Shown here: positions 1-8,687 of the stretch, piece after piece
How positions within the stretch are numbered: position 1 is the first letter of the stretch
How the letters are laid out: each line of letters begins with the position of its first letter
DNA from: an uncultured delta proteobacterium
GTDB lineage: Bacteria > Myxococcota > Myxococcia > Myxococcales > Anaeromyxobacteraceae
Reading direction: 5' to 3'
Length of the DNA stretch: 64,000 bases
NCBI GenBank assembly: GCA_963814585.1
Contig: CAWFDF010000012.1
Location: forward strand, 244,467-308,466
The notes under the pieces: generated by a model
What the model was told of the DNA's origin: nothing
The model's input: the letters and a program-made list of their open reading frames with translations, nothing else
Databases searched by the model: none
Made by a program: the position numbers and the translations under genes

Positions 1-335
1 AAGCTGGAGCGGAAGGTGGAGAGCGGCGTGACGTTGGTCAGACCCTCGGCGGTGCAGAAGCGCTTGGCGGCGAAGGGGAGGTCGGCCGAGACGTTCAGGA
101 CCACCACGTTCGGCAAGGAGGCCGCCTCCTTGTTGAACCGGCGCGCCGAGGTCGCGCAGATGCCGGTGTCGAGGGAGGGCGTGATGTTGAACACCTTCTT
201 CTTGCCCTTGAAGTCGGCCAGGGAGACCTCCTTCAGGTCGCCGGTGGTGAGCTTGAAGTCGGGCGCCTTCGACCCGACCGCCGGCAGATCGCCGATGGTG
301 TGGAGGGGGTTGCCGCCGATCGTCTGGTTGGCCAT
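1..335 (-). CDS. tpx: thiol peroxidase (Tpx-type peroxiredoxin); C-terminus runs off the window
   Basis: Manual minus-strand translation from the ATG at 335 gives [94 protein letters not shown]... This carries the Tpx signature: SLDTxxC peroxidatic Cys and DLPFAxxRFC resolving Cys. It is absent from the ORF track because it is truncated. Confidence 0.9.
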   Translation of the reverse strand, partial: MANQTIGGNPLHTIGDLPAVGSKAPDFKLTTGDLKEVSLADFKGKKKVFNITPSLDTGICATSARRFNKEAASLPNVVVLNVSADLPFAAKRFCTAEGLTNVTPLSTFRSS

Positions 336-488
336 GTTGACGTCTCTCCTGGTTCAGGTGGTCTCAAGAAGGGTTGGTCTGGGCTCCGAGTCTTGTGCCG
401 ATCGGCCAAGGGATTCGAGAGCCCTCGCGGGTACATACCGACGGAGCAACCCCGGCGCCACAGAATGTCACGCCCGGTCACGCCCGCG

Positions 489-2609
489 TCAGGCCGGCCG
501 CAGCGAAGCCAGCAGCGGCGAGGGGGTCCCGGTGGCGGCGATCCAGAGCTGGTGGGCGGTCCGCGTCACCGCCACGTGGAGCCGGCGCCTCGCCTCCGGC
601 TCGTCCGGGTAGGCCCGCGCCGAGGCGTCGGGGATGACCACGTAGTCGAACTCGAGCCCCTTGACGCTGGCCACGTCGGTGACGTCGACCCCGGGCCGGA
701 AGCTGAAGGCGCCGTCGAGCGCCAGGCGCGCCTCGGGCAGGTCGGCCAGCAGCTGGTGGAAGCCGCGGGCGGTCTCGGCCGACGACGCCACCACCGCCAC
801 CGAGGCCTGCGGCTCGCGCTCCAGCAGCTCGCGGACGGCCCCGCTGAGGAAGAGCTGGGCGTGGGCCTCGCCGGGGAAGTCGAAGCGGACCACGGGCGCG
901 CCGCCCTTGCCGGCGATCGGCGGCTCGGGCGGCGCCAGCGGGCCGAGGACCAGGTGCGCCAGCTCGGCCACCGGGGCCGGGCAGCGGTAGGTGGTGGCGA
1001 GCCGGACGGTGGCGGCGTGCGGGGCCCCGACCGCCTCCAGCGCCTGCTCCCAGCCGGCGTAGGAGCTGAAGGTCTGCTGGGCCTCGTCGCCGGCGATGGT
1101 GATGCTGCGCTCCCCCTGGAGGTGGCTGCCGAGCACCGCCAGCTCCACCAGCGAGACGTCCTCGGCCTCGTCGACCACCAGGTGCGAGAGCCGGCGCGCC
1201 CCGCTGCCGCCGCGGCGAGCGGCCAGGAAGACCAGCAGCGGGAGGTCCTCGGCGTCGAGCGTGCCGGCCAGCGACTCGGGCGTGTCCTCGTCCACCGCCA
1301 GCCCGTCGATGGTGGCGAGCCGCTCCGGGTCGATGCCGGCCAGCGCCAGCGCCGCCGGCTCGGCCAGCTGCAGCCGGGTGTGCCGGACCACCTCCTCGAT
1401 GGCGGTGGTCGGCAGGTCGCCCCGGGCCTGCTCCACCACCCCGGCCACGAACTTCGGGTCGACCAGCAGGTCGCCGAGATCGCGCCGCAGCCCGCGCAGC
1501 GTCACCGGGCCGGCCGGTCGCGGCCGCGACGAGAGCTGCTGGTGGAGCGCCGGGTGGCGCTTCAGGCGGGAGACCAGCGCCGGCGGCTCGGTGCAGAGCC
1601 GCGGCGGCGGCACGCCGAAGGCCGACTGGAAGGTGGCGCGAGCCCAGTCGTCGAGCGTCTTGACCGCCACCTTGTCGAGCCCGAGCGGCGCCAGCAGCCG
1701 GCTCGCCAGGCGCGCCAGCCCGGGTTCCGGGACCACCACCTGGATGCGCGAGGCCGGGTAGCGGCGCGGGTCGGCGGCGGCGATGCGCGCCAGGCGGTGG
1801 AGCGCGACCGTGGTCTTGCCGCTGCCGGCGCTGCCCAGCACCAGCAGCGGTTCGGAAGGCGGGGCGCTCACCGCCTCCCACTGCTCGCGGTCGAGCAGCG
1901 CCGTCACCTCGGCGTCGGCCGGCCGGCCTCGCGCCCCGACCCCCACGCCCAGCACCCCGGCCCGCGCCGCGGTCCCGGCGCCGCCCCCCAGGCGCGCCCC
2001 CGAGATCGAGGCCCGCCTCCAGCCCTCGGGGCCACGCACCAGCGCCGTCGTCCCGGCGCTGATCCGGACCAGCCGGCCGCGGTCGATCACCACCACCCGT
2101 CGCGCCTCCACCACGCCACGCGCCAGCCGGCCCGGGAACGGCTCCTCGTACTCCTCGCCGTCCCGGTAGCGGTAGAACAGTCCGGCCACCGGCGCCGCCC
2201 GCCAGTCGACCACCCGCACGCCCGACTCACGCTCGAAGAAGGTGGATCGCCCCAGGCAGTAGTCGCGTACCTCCTTCCCCTCGCGGAGGCGCAGGTGGGC
2301 GAAGTAGGGCGCGGCCGGATCCGGGGCGGCCCCCCCGCGGCTTCGCTCCATCACCGCCCGGACCAGCCCCATCTCCTGGAAGACCGTGGGGAGGTCCTTG
2401 GCGGTCAGCTCCTGCGCCTCCTCGCGAAGCTCACGCAGCCGCCCTTCCAGCTCGACGCCGTCGTCGTGCCTGGCCCGGCGGGCCGAGAGCGCCGCGTGGA
2501 CCGCGGCCAGGAGCGCCTCCTCCTCGGCGACGAGCCGGCGCTCGGCCGGCGTGAGGGCGCCGGACCCGGCTTCCGCGGCGGTGGGGGTGGACGGGCGCAA
2601 GGTCGCCAA
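489..2609 (-). CDS. UvrD/Rep superfamily-1 helicase of the HelD/HelR (helicase IV-like, RNA-polymerase-associated) type
   Basis: 706-aa ORF. The N-terminal region (YFAHLRL...LGRSTF...VVDWRAAPVAGLFYRY) is typical of HelD-like proteins. Walker A is GSAGSGKTTVALHRLA. A C-terminal UvrD_C-like segment is present (VKGLEFDYVVIPD). Confidence 0.8.
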   Translation of the reverse strand: MATLRPSTPTAAEAGSGALTPAERRLVAEEEALLAAVHAALSARRARHDDGVELEGRLRELREEAQELTAKDLPTVFQEMGLVRAVMERSRGGAAPDPAAPYFAHLRLREGKEVRDYCLGRSTFFERESGVRVVDWRAAPVAGLFYRYRDGEEYEEPFPGRLARGVVEARRVVVIDRGRLVRISAGTTALVRGPEGWRRASISGARLGGGAGTAARAGVLGVGVGARGRPADAEVTALLDREQWEAVSAPPSEPLLVLGSAGSGKTTVALHRLARIAAADPRRYPASRIQVVVPEPGLARLASRLLAPLGLDKVAVKTLDDWARATFQSAFGVPPPRLCTEPPALVSRLKRHPALHQQLSSRPRPAGPVTLRGLRRDLGDLLVDPKFVAGVVEQARGDLPTTAIEEVVRHTRLQLAEPAALALAGIDPERLATIDGLAVDEDTPESLAGTLDAEDLPLLVFLAARRGGSGARRLSHLVVDEAEDVSLVELAVLGSHLQGERSITIAGDEAQQTFSSYAGWEQALEAVGAPHAATVRLATTYRCPAPVAELAHLVLGPLAPPEPPIAGKGGAPVVRFDFPGEAHAQLFLSGAVRELLEREPQASVAVVASSAETARGFHQLLADLPEARLALDGAFSFRPGVDVTDVASVKGLEFDYVVIPDASARAYPDEPEARRRLHVAVTRTAHQLWIAATGTPSPLLASLRPA

Positions 2610-2689
2610 GTGTAGGCCAGCCCACCCCGCCGCGCACGGCGGCCGCTTCTCCCTCGACGGGGCGTCGCGGCCGTGCGACCACCTTGAGG

Positions 2690-3917
2690 ATGCGCTGGAT
2701 CGTCGCGGCCGCCGGCACCGCCCTGATGGGGGTCCTGGGAACCGTCTACAGCTGGAGCCTCTATGCCCGGCCGCTGGGGCAGGCCTTCGGCTGGTCGGCC
2801 CGGACCACCACCGGCGCCTTCTCGACCGCCATCTTCTTCCTCGGCGTGGGCGCCATCGTCGGGGGGAGGCTGCAGGACCGGCTCGGTCCCCGGCGGGTGG
2901 CGCTGGCCGGAGCCGCCCTCTGGGCGATCGGCAACGTGGCGGCCGGGCTCGGCACGGCGCGGCTCGGCGCGCCCTGGCTCTACGTCACCTATGGCGTCGT
3001 CGGCGGGCTCGGCCTGGGGCTCGCCTACGTGACGCCGGTGGCGGCCGTCGCCAAGTGGTTCGGTCCTCGCCGGGGCCTCGGCACCGGCCTGGTGGTGATG
3101 GGGTTCGGGCTCGGCGCCTTCGTCTACAACCTGGCGATGCGGGCGCTCGGACCGATGGTGGACGCCTCCGCCATCGGCACCCGCTTCGCGGCGTCGGGGC
3201 TGGTCTTCGGCGCGGTGGGGCTGCTCGCCGCCGCGCTGCTGCGCGATCCTCCGGCCTCCACGGCGGCCGGGGCGGCCGCCGGCCCCGCCGGCGCCGGGGG
3301 CTGGCCGCCGTCCCGCGCCCTCCGCACCCCGCAGCTCTGGGCGCTCTGGGCCATGCTCTTCCTCAACGTCACGGCCGGCATCCTCTTCATCTCCAGCGCC
3401 GTGCCGCTGCTCCGGGAGCTGACCGGCATCTCCGAGGACCAGGCCGTGGCCGTCTACGGGGCCATCGCGGTGGCCAACGGGCTGGGGCGCTTCTTCTGGG
3501 GGGCGATCTCCGGATCGGATCGGGCGGCGGCTCGCCTTCGCGCTCATCTACGGCGTGCAGGCCGTGGTCTTCGCGCTGGTCGGCGGCGTCCACGCCCTGC
3601 CCGCGGTGACCGCCCTCTTCGCGCTGGTGCTCCTCTGCTACGGCGGCGGCTTCGGGACCATGCCGTCGCTCTGCGCCGACTGGTTCGGCACCCGGCACCT
3701 CGGCGTCAACTACGGGTGGATCCTCTCGGCGTGGGGGGTGGCCGGCGTGGCCGGGCCGGGCTTCGTGGCCGCGGTGAAGGACCTGACCGGCTCCTACCTG
3801 GGGGCGCTGCCGGTGATGGCGGCGGTGCTGGCGCTGGCGGTGGCGCTGCCGGTGGTGGCGCGGCCCCCAGGCCCCATGCGGGACGAGGCGCAACGGCCTC
3901 CCCCTCCCGTGCGCTAG
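2690..3917 (+). pseudogene. MFS transporter, oxalate/formate antiporter (OFA)-like, interrupted by a +1 frameshift near 3512
   Basis: The frame beginning at 2690 (the track ORF starts at a TTG at 2684) gives a typical MFS N-half (TM-rich, ...VANGLGRFFWGAIS). After 3511 it degenerates into Arg/Gly-rich nonsense. The frame of ORF 3555..3917 read from 3513 gives DRIGRRLAFALIYGVQAVVFALVGG..., the conserved MFS loop motif plus a TM-rich C-half. One extra G at 3512/3513 separates the two frames. Confidence 0.8.
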
Positions 3918-3942
3918 GATGGGGCCTCACGGAGGGATCCAC

Positions 3943-4530
3943 ATGAAGACGCCCGCCGCCGTCCTCGCCGTCGCCCTCGCGCTGCTCGCCGCCCCGGCCG
4001 CCCGCGCCCAGCCGGTCTCGGCGCGCTCCGGGCCGGACACCTACCTCCAGTTCAACCTGGGCGCGTTCCTGCCTCAGGCCAGCGACATCGACCGGCTCGA
4101 CCCGGGCGTCGCGCTGTCCGGCACGTTCGGGGCGATGTTCACGCCCAACGTCGGAGCCGAGGCGAGCGTGGGGTACTACCGCGCCGCCGCCACCGTGAAC
4201 ACGGTCCCGAGCGTCGACACCGCGCTGGGCGTCGTGCCGGTGCTGGTGAGCCTGCGGCTGGTGGCGCCCTTCAAGGCCATGGAGCTCTCGGCGCGAGCCG
4301 GCGCCGGCATCCACTTCGCGTCGCTCTACTCCACCGCCACCATCGCCAGCGCCTACGACACCACCACCGCCTTCGGCTGGCAGCTGGGCGCCGGGGCGGC
4401 CTTCAAGCTCTCGCCCACCATGCTGGTGGGCCTGGACGTCCTGGGGACCTTCGCCGAGGCGAAGTTCAGCGGGATCAGCACCGGCCTCGACGGGATCACC
4501 GTCGCGGTGACGCTTGGTTACAGGCTCTAG
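3943..4530 (+). CDS. outer-membrane beta-barrel protein (OmpW/OMP_b-brl-like)
   Basis: Signal peptide MKTPAAVLAVALALLAAPAARAQ. Alternating beta-strand pattern ending ...GITVAVTLGYRL. GGAGGG RBS 6 nt upstream of the ATG at 3943. Confidence 0.7.
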   Translation: MKTPAAVLAVALALLAAPAARAQPVSARSGPDTYLQFNLGAFLPQASDIDRLDPGVALSGTFGAMFTPNVGAEASVGYYRAAATVNTVPSVDTALGVVPVLVSLRLVAPFKAMELSARAGAGIHFASLYSTATIASAYDTTTAFGWQLGAGAAFKLSPTMLVGLDVLGTFAEAKFSGISTGLDGITVAVTLGYRL

Positions 4531-4541
4531 TGAGGTACGTC

Positions 4542-5510
4542 ATGCGAACCACGATCGTCGCGGGAGGCGTGGCGGCCCTGCTGACCGCCTGCGCCACCCC
4601 CTCGCAGCGCCCCACCACGGTGGAGTCGCCGGTGCCCCAGCAGGCCCAGGTGGCCGCGCAGCAGGCGCGCCAGGTGCCGGCGGCCCCCCGCTACAAGCGC
4701 AAGGTCGCCATCGGCCGCTTCACCAACGAGACCAACTACGGCCGCTCGCTCCTCAACGACGCCGAGCTCGACCGCATCGGCAAGCAGGCCTCCGACATGC
4801 TGGCCTCGCGCCTGGTCATGTCCGGCCAGTTCATCGTCCTGGAGCGCCCCGATCTCACCAAGGTGCAGCGCGAGCAGGCGCTCGGCGGCGCCGCCGGCCT
4901 GGTGGGCGCCGACACGCTCATCATGGGCTCGGTCACCGAGTTCGGCCGCTCCATCGGCGGCAAGACCGGCTTCCTCTCCAGCACCAAGGAGCAGATCGCC
5001 AAGGCCAAGGTGGACGTGCGGCTGGTGGACACCAAGACCGGGCAGGCCTACTTCGCGGCCAACGGCGCCGGCGAGGCGCGCACCGAGGTCGGCGAGGTGG
5101 CCGGCTTCGGCAGCCGCTCCGAGTACGACGCCACGCTCAACGACCGCGCCATCGCCGCCTCCATCTCCGACGTCATCGATCGCCTGGTCTCCAGGCTCGG
5201 CGACCGGCCCTGGCGCACCGACATCCTCGAGGTCCAGGGCCAGCAGGTCTTCATCAGCGGCGGCCGGAGCCAGGGCCTGAAGGCCGGCGACGAGCTGGCG
5301 GTCATGGAGTTCGGCCAGACCGTGAAGAGCGCCCAGTCCGGCTTCGACGTGACGCTGCCGCCCCGGCAGGTCGCGCTGCTGCGAGTCGCCTCGACGTTCG
5401 GCGACACCGAGACCAACGAGGGCGCCATCTGCGACGTCACCTCGGGCACCGTCGACCGCGCCGCGGTCGGCAAGCTCTTCGTCGCCGAGAGGAAGGCAGG
5501 CCAGCCATGA
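4542..5510 (+). CDS. CsgG/HfaB-family lipoprotein (curli-type secretion channel homologue)
   Basis: Lipobox LLTAC. The segment YKRKVAIGRFTNETNYGRS...ASDMLASRLVMSGQFIVLERPDL...MGSVTEFG is characteristic of CsgG. I prefer the ATG at 4542 over the GTG at 4530. Confidence 0.85.
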   Translation: MRTTIVAGGVAALLTACATPSQRPTTVESPVPQQAQVAAQQARQVPAAPRYKRKVAIGRFTNETNYGRSLLNDAELDRIGKQASDMLASRLVMSGQFIVLERPDLTKVQREQALGGAAGLVGADTLIMGSVTEFGRSIGGKTGFLSSTKEQIAKAKVDVRLVDTKTGQAYFAANGAGEARTEVGEVAGFGSRSEYDATLNDRAIAASISDVIDRLVSRLGDRPWRTDILEVQGQQVFISGGRSQGLKAGDELAVMEFGQTVKSAQSGFDVTLPPRQVALLRVASTFGDTETNEGAICDVTSGTVDRAAVGKLFVAERKAGQP

Positions 5511-5803
5511 GGAAGCTCACCCTCGCCGCAGCCGTGGCCCTGGCCGCCTGCGCCGGACCGACCACCACCGTCACCACGGTGGACACCCGCCCGGCCCTGG
5601 CCATCTCCGGCGCGGCCTCCGGACTGACGCTGTTCGTGGACGGGGCCCCGGTCGGCGACCCCCGCCTCTACGACGGCAACCCCAACATCCTCCGCGTCGA
5701 GGCCGGCACCCATGACGTCGAGCTGCGCGACGGCGCCGGCGCGGTGGTCTTCCGGCAGCGGGTCTTCGTGGAGAGCGAGCTCAAGACCGTGGTGGTGCAC
5801 TGA
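5507..5803 (+). CDS. small lipoprotein with PEGA-like domain
   Basis: 98 aa: MRKLTLAAAVALAACAG (lipobox) followed by LTLFVDGAPVGD...LRVEAGTHDVELRDGAG. Its ATG overlaps the CsgG-like stop (ATGA at 5507-5510). Confidence 0.7.
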   Translation: MRKLTLAAAVALAACAGPTTTVTTVDTRPALAISGAASGLTLFVDGAPVGDPRLYDGNPNILRVEAGTHDVELRDGAGAVVFRQRVFVESELKTVVVH

Positions 5804-6201
5804 TGGCGGTCGGCCGCAGCGTGGCGCCCCTGGCGCTGGCGCTCGCGGCCGGCGCCTGCGTCCCGTCCTCCCACTACCACTGGGGCGGCTACAACGAGTA
5901 CCTCTACGCCCACTACCGTGCGCCGCAGGAGCGCGAGGCCTGGATCGAGGGGCTCAAGACCACCATCCTCGACGCCGAGCAGCAGGACGAGAAGGTGCCT
6001 CCGGGCGTCTACGCCGAGTACGGCTATGCGCTGTTCGAGGAGGGGAACACCGCCCAGGCCATCGTCTACTACCGGAAGGAGCAGGCGCTCTGGCCCGAGT
6101 CGCGCTTCCTGATGGAGAAGCTGGTCCGCAATGCCGAGCAGCGGGGGCGCCAGCCGAGGCCGCCCACCGAGGGGCCGGCCGGCGCGCTGGAGAAGTCGTG
6201 A
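5803..6201 (+). CDS. DUF4810-family lipoprotein
   Basis: Lipobox LAAGAC. HYHWGGYNEYLY...VPPGVYAEYGYALFEEGNTAQAIVYYRKEQALWPESRFLMEKLV matches my recollection of the DUF4810 pattern. Its start overlaps the previous stop (TGATG). Confidence 0.75.
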   Translation: MAVGRSVAPLALALAAGACVPSSHYHWGGYNEYLYAHYRAPQEREAWIEGLKTTILDAEQQDEKVPPGVYAEYGYALFEEGNTAQAIVYYRKEQALWPESRFLMEKLVRNAEQRGRQPRPPTEGPAGALEKS

Positions 6202-6884
6202 TCACCCCGGCCCGCCTGCACCTCGCCGGAGCGCTGGCCGCCCTGCTGGCCGGGTGCGTGACCGTCCCCACGCCGGACTACTCGAAGTTCCTGGCGGCCT
6301 CGCCGCGCTCCATCCTGGTGGTCCCGGTGGTGAACAACACCGTCAACGTCGAGGCGGCCAACTACTTCCTCTCCACCATCCCGGTCCCGCTGGCGGAGCG
6401 CGGCTACTACGTCTTCCCGGTGAACCTGGTGAAGCGGCTGCTCGAGGACGACGGCCTCTCCGACGCCTCCCTGGTCCACGCCGCCGATCCGGTCCGCCTG
6501 GCCGCCCTCTTCGGCGCCGACTCGGTGCTCTACGTCACCGTCCAGCGCTGGGAGGCCCAGTACATCGTCGTCTCGACCACCGTCACGGTCGAGTTCACCT
6601 ACCTCATCAAGGACGGGAAGACCGGCGACACGCTCTGGGAAGACCACCGGATCTCCACCTACTCGTCCGGCTCGGGGGGCGGGCAAGGCGGGGCGGCGAG
6701 CCTCATCGCCGCGATCGTGAACGCCGCGGTGACCAAGGCGTCGCCCAACTACATGCCGCTGGCCCGCCAGGCCAACGACCAGGCCATGGGGCCGCACGGC
6801 CGCGGGTTCCCGGTCGGGCCCTACCGGGCCGAGTACGGCAAGGACTACCCGCGCCCGGCCCCGGCGCCCTCGGCACCACCCTGA
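6198..6884 (+). CDS. DUF799 / GNA1162-like lipoprotein
   Basis: GTG start overlapping the previous stop (GTGA). Lipobox LLAGC. SILVVPVVNNT...PLAERGYYVFPVNLV...LFGADSVLYVTVQRWEAQY is typical of DUF799. Confidence 0.8.
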   Translation: MITPARLHLAGALAALLAGCVTVPTPDYSKFLAASPRSILVVPVVNNTVNVEAANYFLSTIPVPLAERGYYVFPVNLVKRLLEDDGLSDASLVHAADPVRLAALFGADSVLYVTVQRWEAQYIVVSTTVTVEFTYLIKDGKTGDTLWEDHRISTYSSGSGGGQGGAASLIAAIVNAAVTKASPNYMPLARQANDQAMGPHGRGFPVGPYRAEYGKDYPRPAPAPSAPP

Positions 6885-6899
6885 GCCGGAGCGCCGGAC

Positions 6900-6958
6900 G
6901 GGGCGGAGGGGCCATCCTCGGCTCCCGCCCCGCCTGGCCAGTCCGCCCGGGAGGGCGG
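6900..6958. terminator. GC-rich hairpins between convergent genes (candidate bidirectional terminators)
   Basis: GGGGCGG (6900-6906) is complementary to CCGCCCC (6925-6931). CCGCCC-GGGA-GGGCGG lies at 6943-6958, 10 nt past the hydrogenase large-subunit stop. There is no U-tract. Confidence 0.3.
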
Positions 6959-6968
6959 CGCCGTCGCT

Positions 6969-8687
6969 TCAGAGCACCTTCACCATGCCGTGGTCGGTCC
7001 CGTCCGCGTCATGGGTGTGGATGGCGCAGGCCAGGCAGGGGTCGAAGGAGTGGATGGTGCGGAGCGCCTCGAGGGGCAGCTTGGGGTCGGCGATGGGGTT
7101 GCCCACCAGCGAGGCCTCGTAGGGGCCGGGCTGCTCCTTGCCGTCGCGCGGCCCGGCGTTCCAGGTCGAGGGCACCACGCACTGGTAGTTCTTGATCTTG
7201 CCGTTCTCCAGGACGCACCAGTGGGAGAGGGTCCCGCGCGGCGCCTCGTGGAAACCGACGCCCCGGAAGCTGCCGGTGGCCAGCTTGGGGTTGGGGTCCG
7301 CGAAGGTGGTGGTGTCGCCCTTGCCGATGTTCTCCATCAGCAGGCCCCAGTGCTTCTGCGTCAGCTCGGCCATCATGGCGGTGCGGATGGCGCGGGCCGC
7401 GTGGCGGCCGAGCGTGGAGTGGAGCATGGCCGGGGTGACGTCGATCTTGTGGATCGACTTGACGGTGGCGACGGCCGCCGACACCCACTTGACGGTGAGC
7501 GGGTCCTTGGTGAGGTAGCCGACCAGCACCTGGGCCAGCGGGCCGACCTGCATGGGCTTCCCGTCGAGCCGGGGCGCCTTGACCCAGCTGTACTTCCTGG
7601 GCGCCGGTGACTCGGCCTCCCACGCCCCGGAGAACCTGGGGACGGTCTCCTCCTCCCACGGGCCCCGCTGCCAGTCGCCGTCGTAGTGGGAGTGGGCGAT
7701 CGACTCGGTGACGTTGGCCTTGAGGAACTCGTCGTTCCAGCTGGTGATCTTCCGGACCTCGGGCTGGCCGGCCATGATGACGCCGCCGGGGAGGTCGAAC
7801 CTGGTCATCTTGGCGTCGGTGGGGAGGTCGGGCACGGCCAGGTAGTTGGTGACCCCGGCACCGTACTTGAACCACTCCGGGTAGAAGCCGGCCACCGCGG
7901 CCACGTCCACCAGGTAGCACTGGGTGACGAAGCCGCTGACCTCGTCGAGCAGCGCCTTGATCCGGTACAGCTTCTCCATGTTGAGGGCGGAGGGGCTGTC
8001 GAGGTTGATGGCGTTGGCCACGCCGCCCACCGCCAGGTTCTGGATGTGGGGCGTCTTGGAGCCGAGGATGGCCACGATCTGGTTGGCCTTGCGCTGGATC
8101 TCCAGGGCCTGGAGGTAATGGGCCACCGCCAGGAGGTTGACCTCCGGGGGGAGCCGCATGGCGGGGTGGCCCCAGTAGCCGTTCTGGAAGGGGCCGAGCT
8201 GGCCGGCCTTGACGAAGCCCTCCAGCCTGGCCTTCACGGCCGTCAGCTCCTTGGTCGAGTTGCCCGGCCAGCTGGAGATCGACTCGGCCAGGGCCGAGGT
8301 CTTGGCCGGATCGGCCTTGAGCGCCGCCACCACGTCGACCCAGTCCAGCGCCGACAGGTGGTAGAAGTGGACCACGTGGTCGTGCAGGGCGTGCGCCGAG
8401 ATGATGATGTTGCGGATGAGCTGGGCGTTGAGTGGCACCTCGAGCCCCAGCGCGTTCTCCACGCTCCGCACCGAGGTGATGGCGTGCACCGTGGTGCAGA
8501 CCCCGCAGATGCGCTGGGTGAAGGCCCAGGCGTCGCGCGCGTCCCGCCCCTGCAGGATGGTCTCGATCCCGCGCCACATGGTGCCGCTCGACCAGGCGTT
8601 CTTGACCACGCCGCCGTCGACCTCCACGTCGATGCGGAGGTGCCCTTCGATCCGGGTGATGGGATCGATCGTGATGCGCTGACTCAT
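6969..8687 (-). CDS. hybC: [NiFe] hydrogenase large subunit (membrane-bound uptake type)
   Basis: 572 aa. N-terminal RITIDPITRIEGHLRI and RICGVCT. C-terminal DPCLACAIH followed by a 15-aa processing extension. Confidence 0.95.
   Translation of the reverse strand: MSQRITIDPITRIEGHLRIDVEVDGGVVKNAWSSGTMWRGIETILQGRDARDAWAFTQRICGVCTTVHAITSVRSVENALGLEVPLNAQLIRNIIISAHALHDHVVHFYHLSALDWVDVVAALKADPAKTSALAESISSWPGNSTKELTAVKARLEGFVKAGQLGPFQNGYWGHPAMRLPPEVNLLAVAHYLQALEIQRKANQIVAILGSKTPHIQNLAVGGVANAINLDSPSALNMEKLYRIKALLDEVSGFVTQCYLVDVAAVAGFYPEWFKYGAGVTNYLAVPDLPTDAKMTRFDLPGGVIMAGQPEVRKITSWNDEFLKANVTESIAHSHYDGDWQRGPWEEETVPRFSGAWEAESPAPRKYSWVKAPRLDGKPMQVGPLAQVLVGYLTKDPLTVKWVSAAVATVKSIHKIDVTPAMLHSTLGRHAARAIRTAMMAELTQKHWGLLMENIGKGDTTTFADPNPKLATGSFRGVGFHEAPRGTLSHWCVLENGKIKNYQCVVPSTWNAGPRDGKEQPGPYEASLVGNPIADPKLPLEALRTIHSFDPCLACAIHTHDADGTDHGMVKVL

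Noticed and set aside
300-2615. 771-aa plus-strand ORF, with several other long ORFs overlapping 233-2169
   Set aside because: The translation is extremely Arg/Gly/Pro/Ala-rich with no motifs. It lies antisense to the helicase gene, which has clear Walker A and HelD-like signatures. This is a typical high-GC antisense open frame.
6969-8687. Possibility of a selenocysteine ([NiFeSe]) large subunit
   Set aside because: The ORF is uninterrupted. The C-terminal motif is DPCLACAIH with Cys at both positions, and there is no in-frame TGA.
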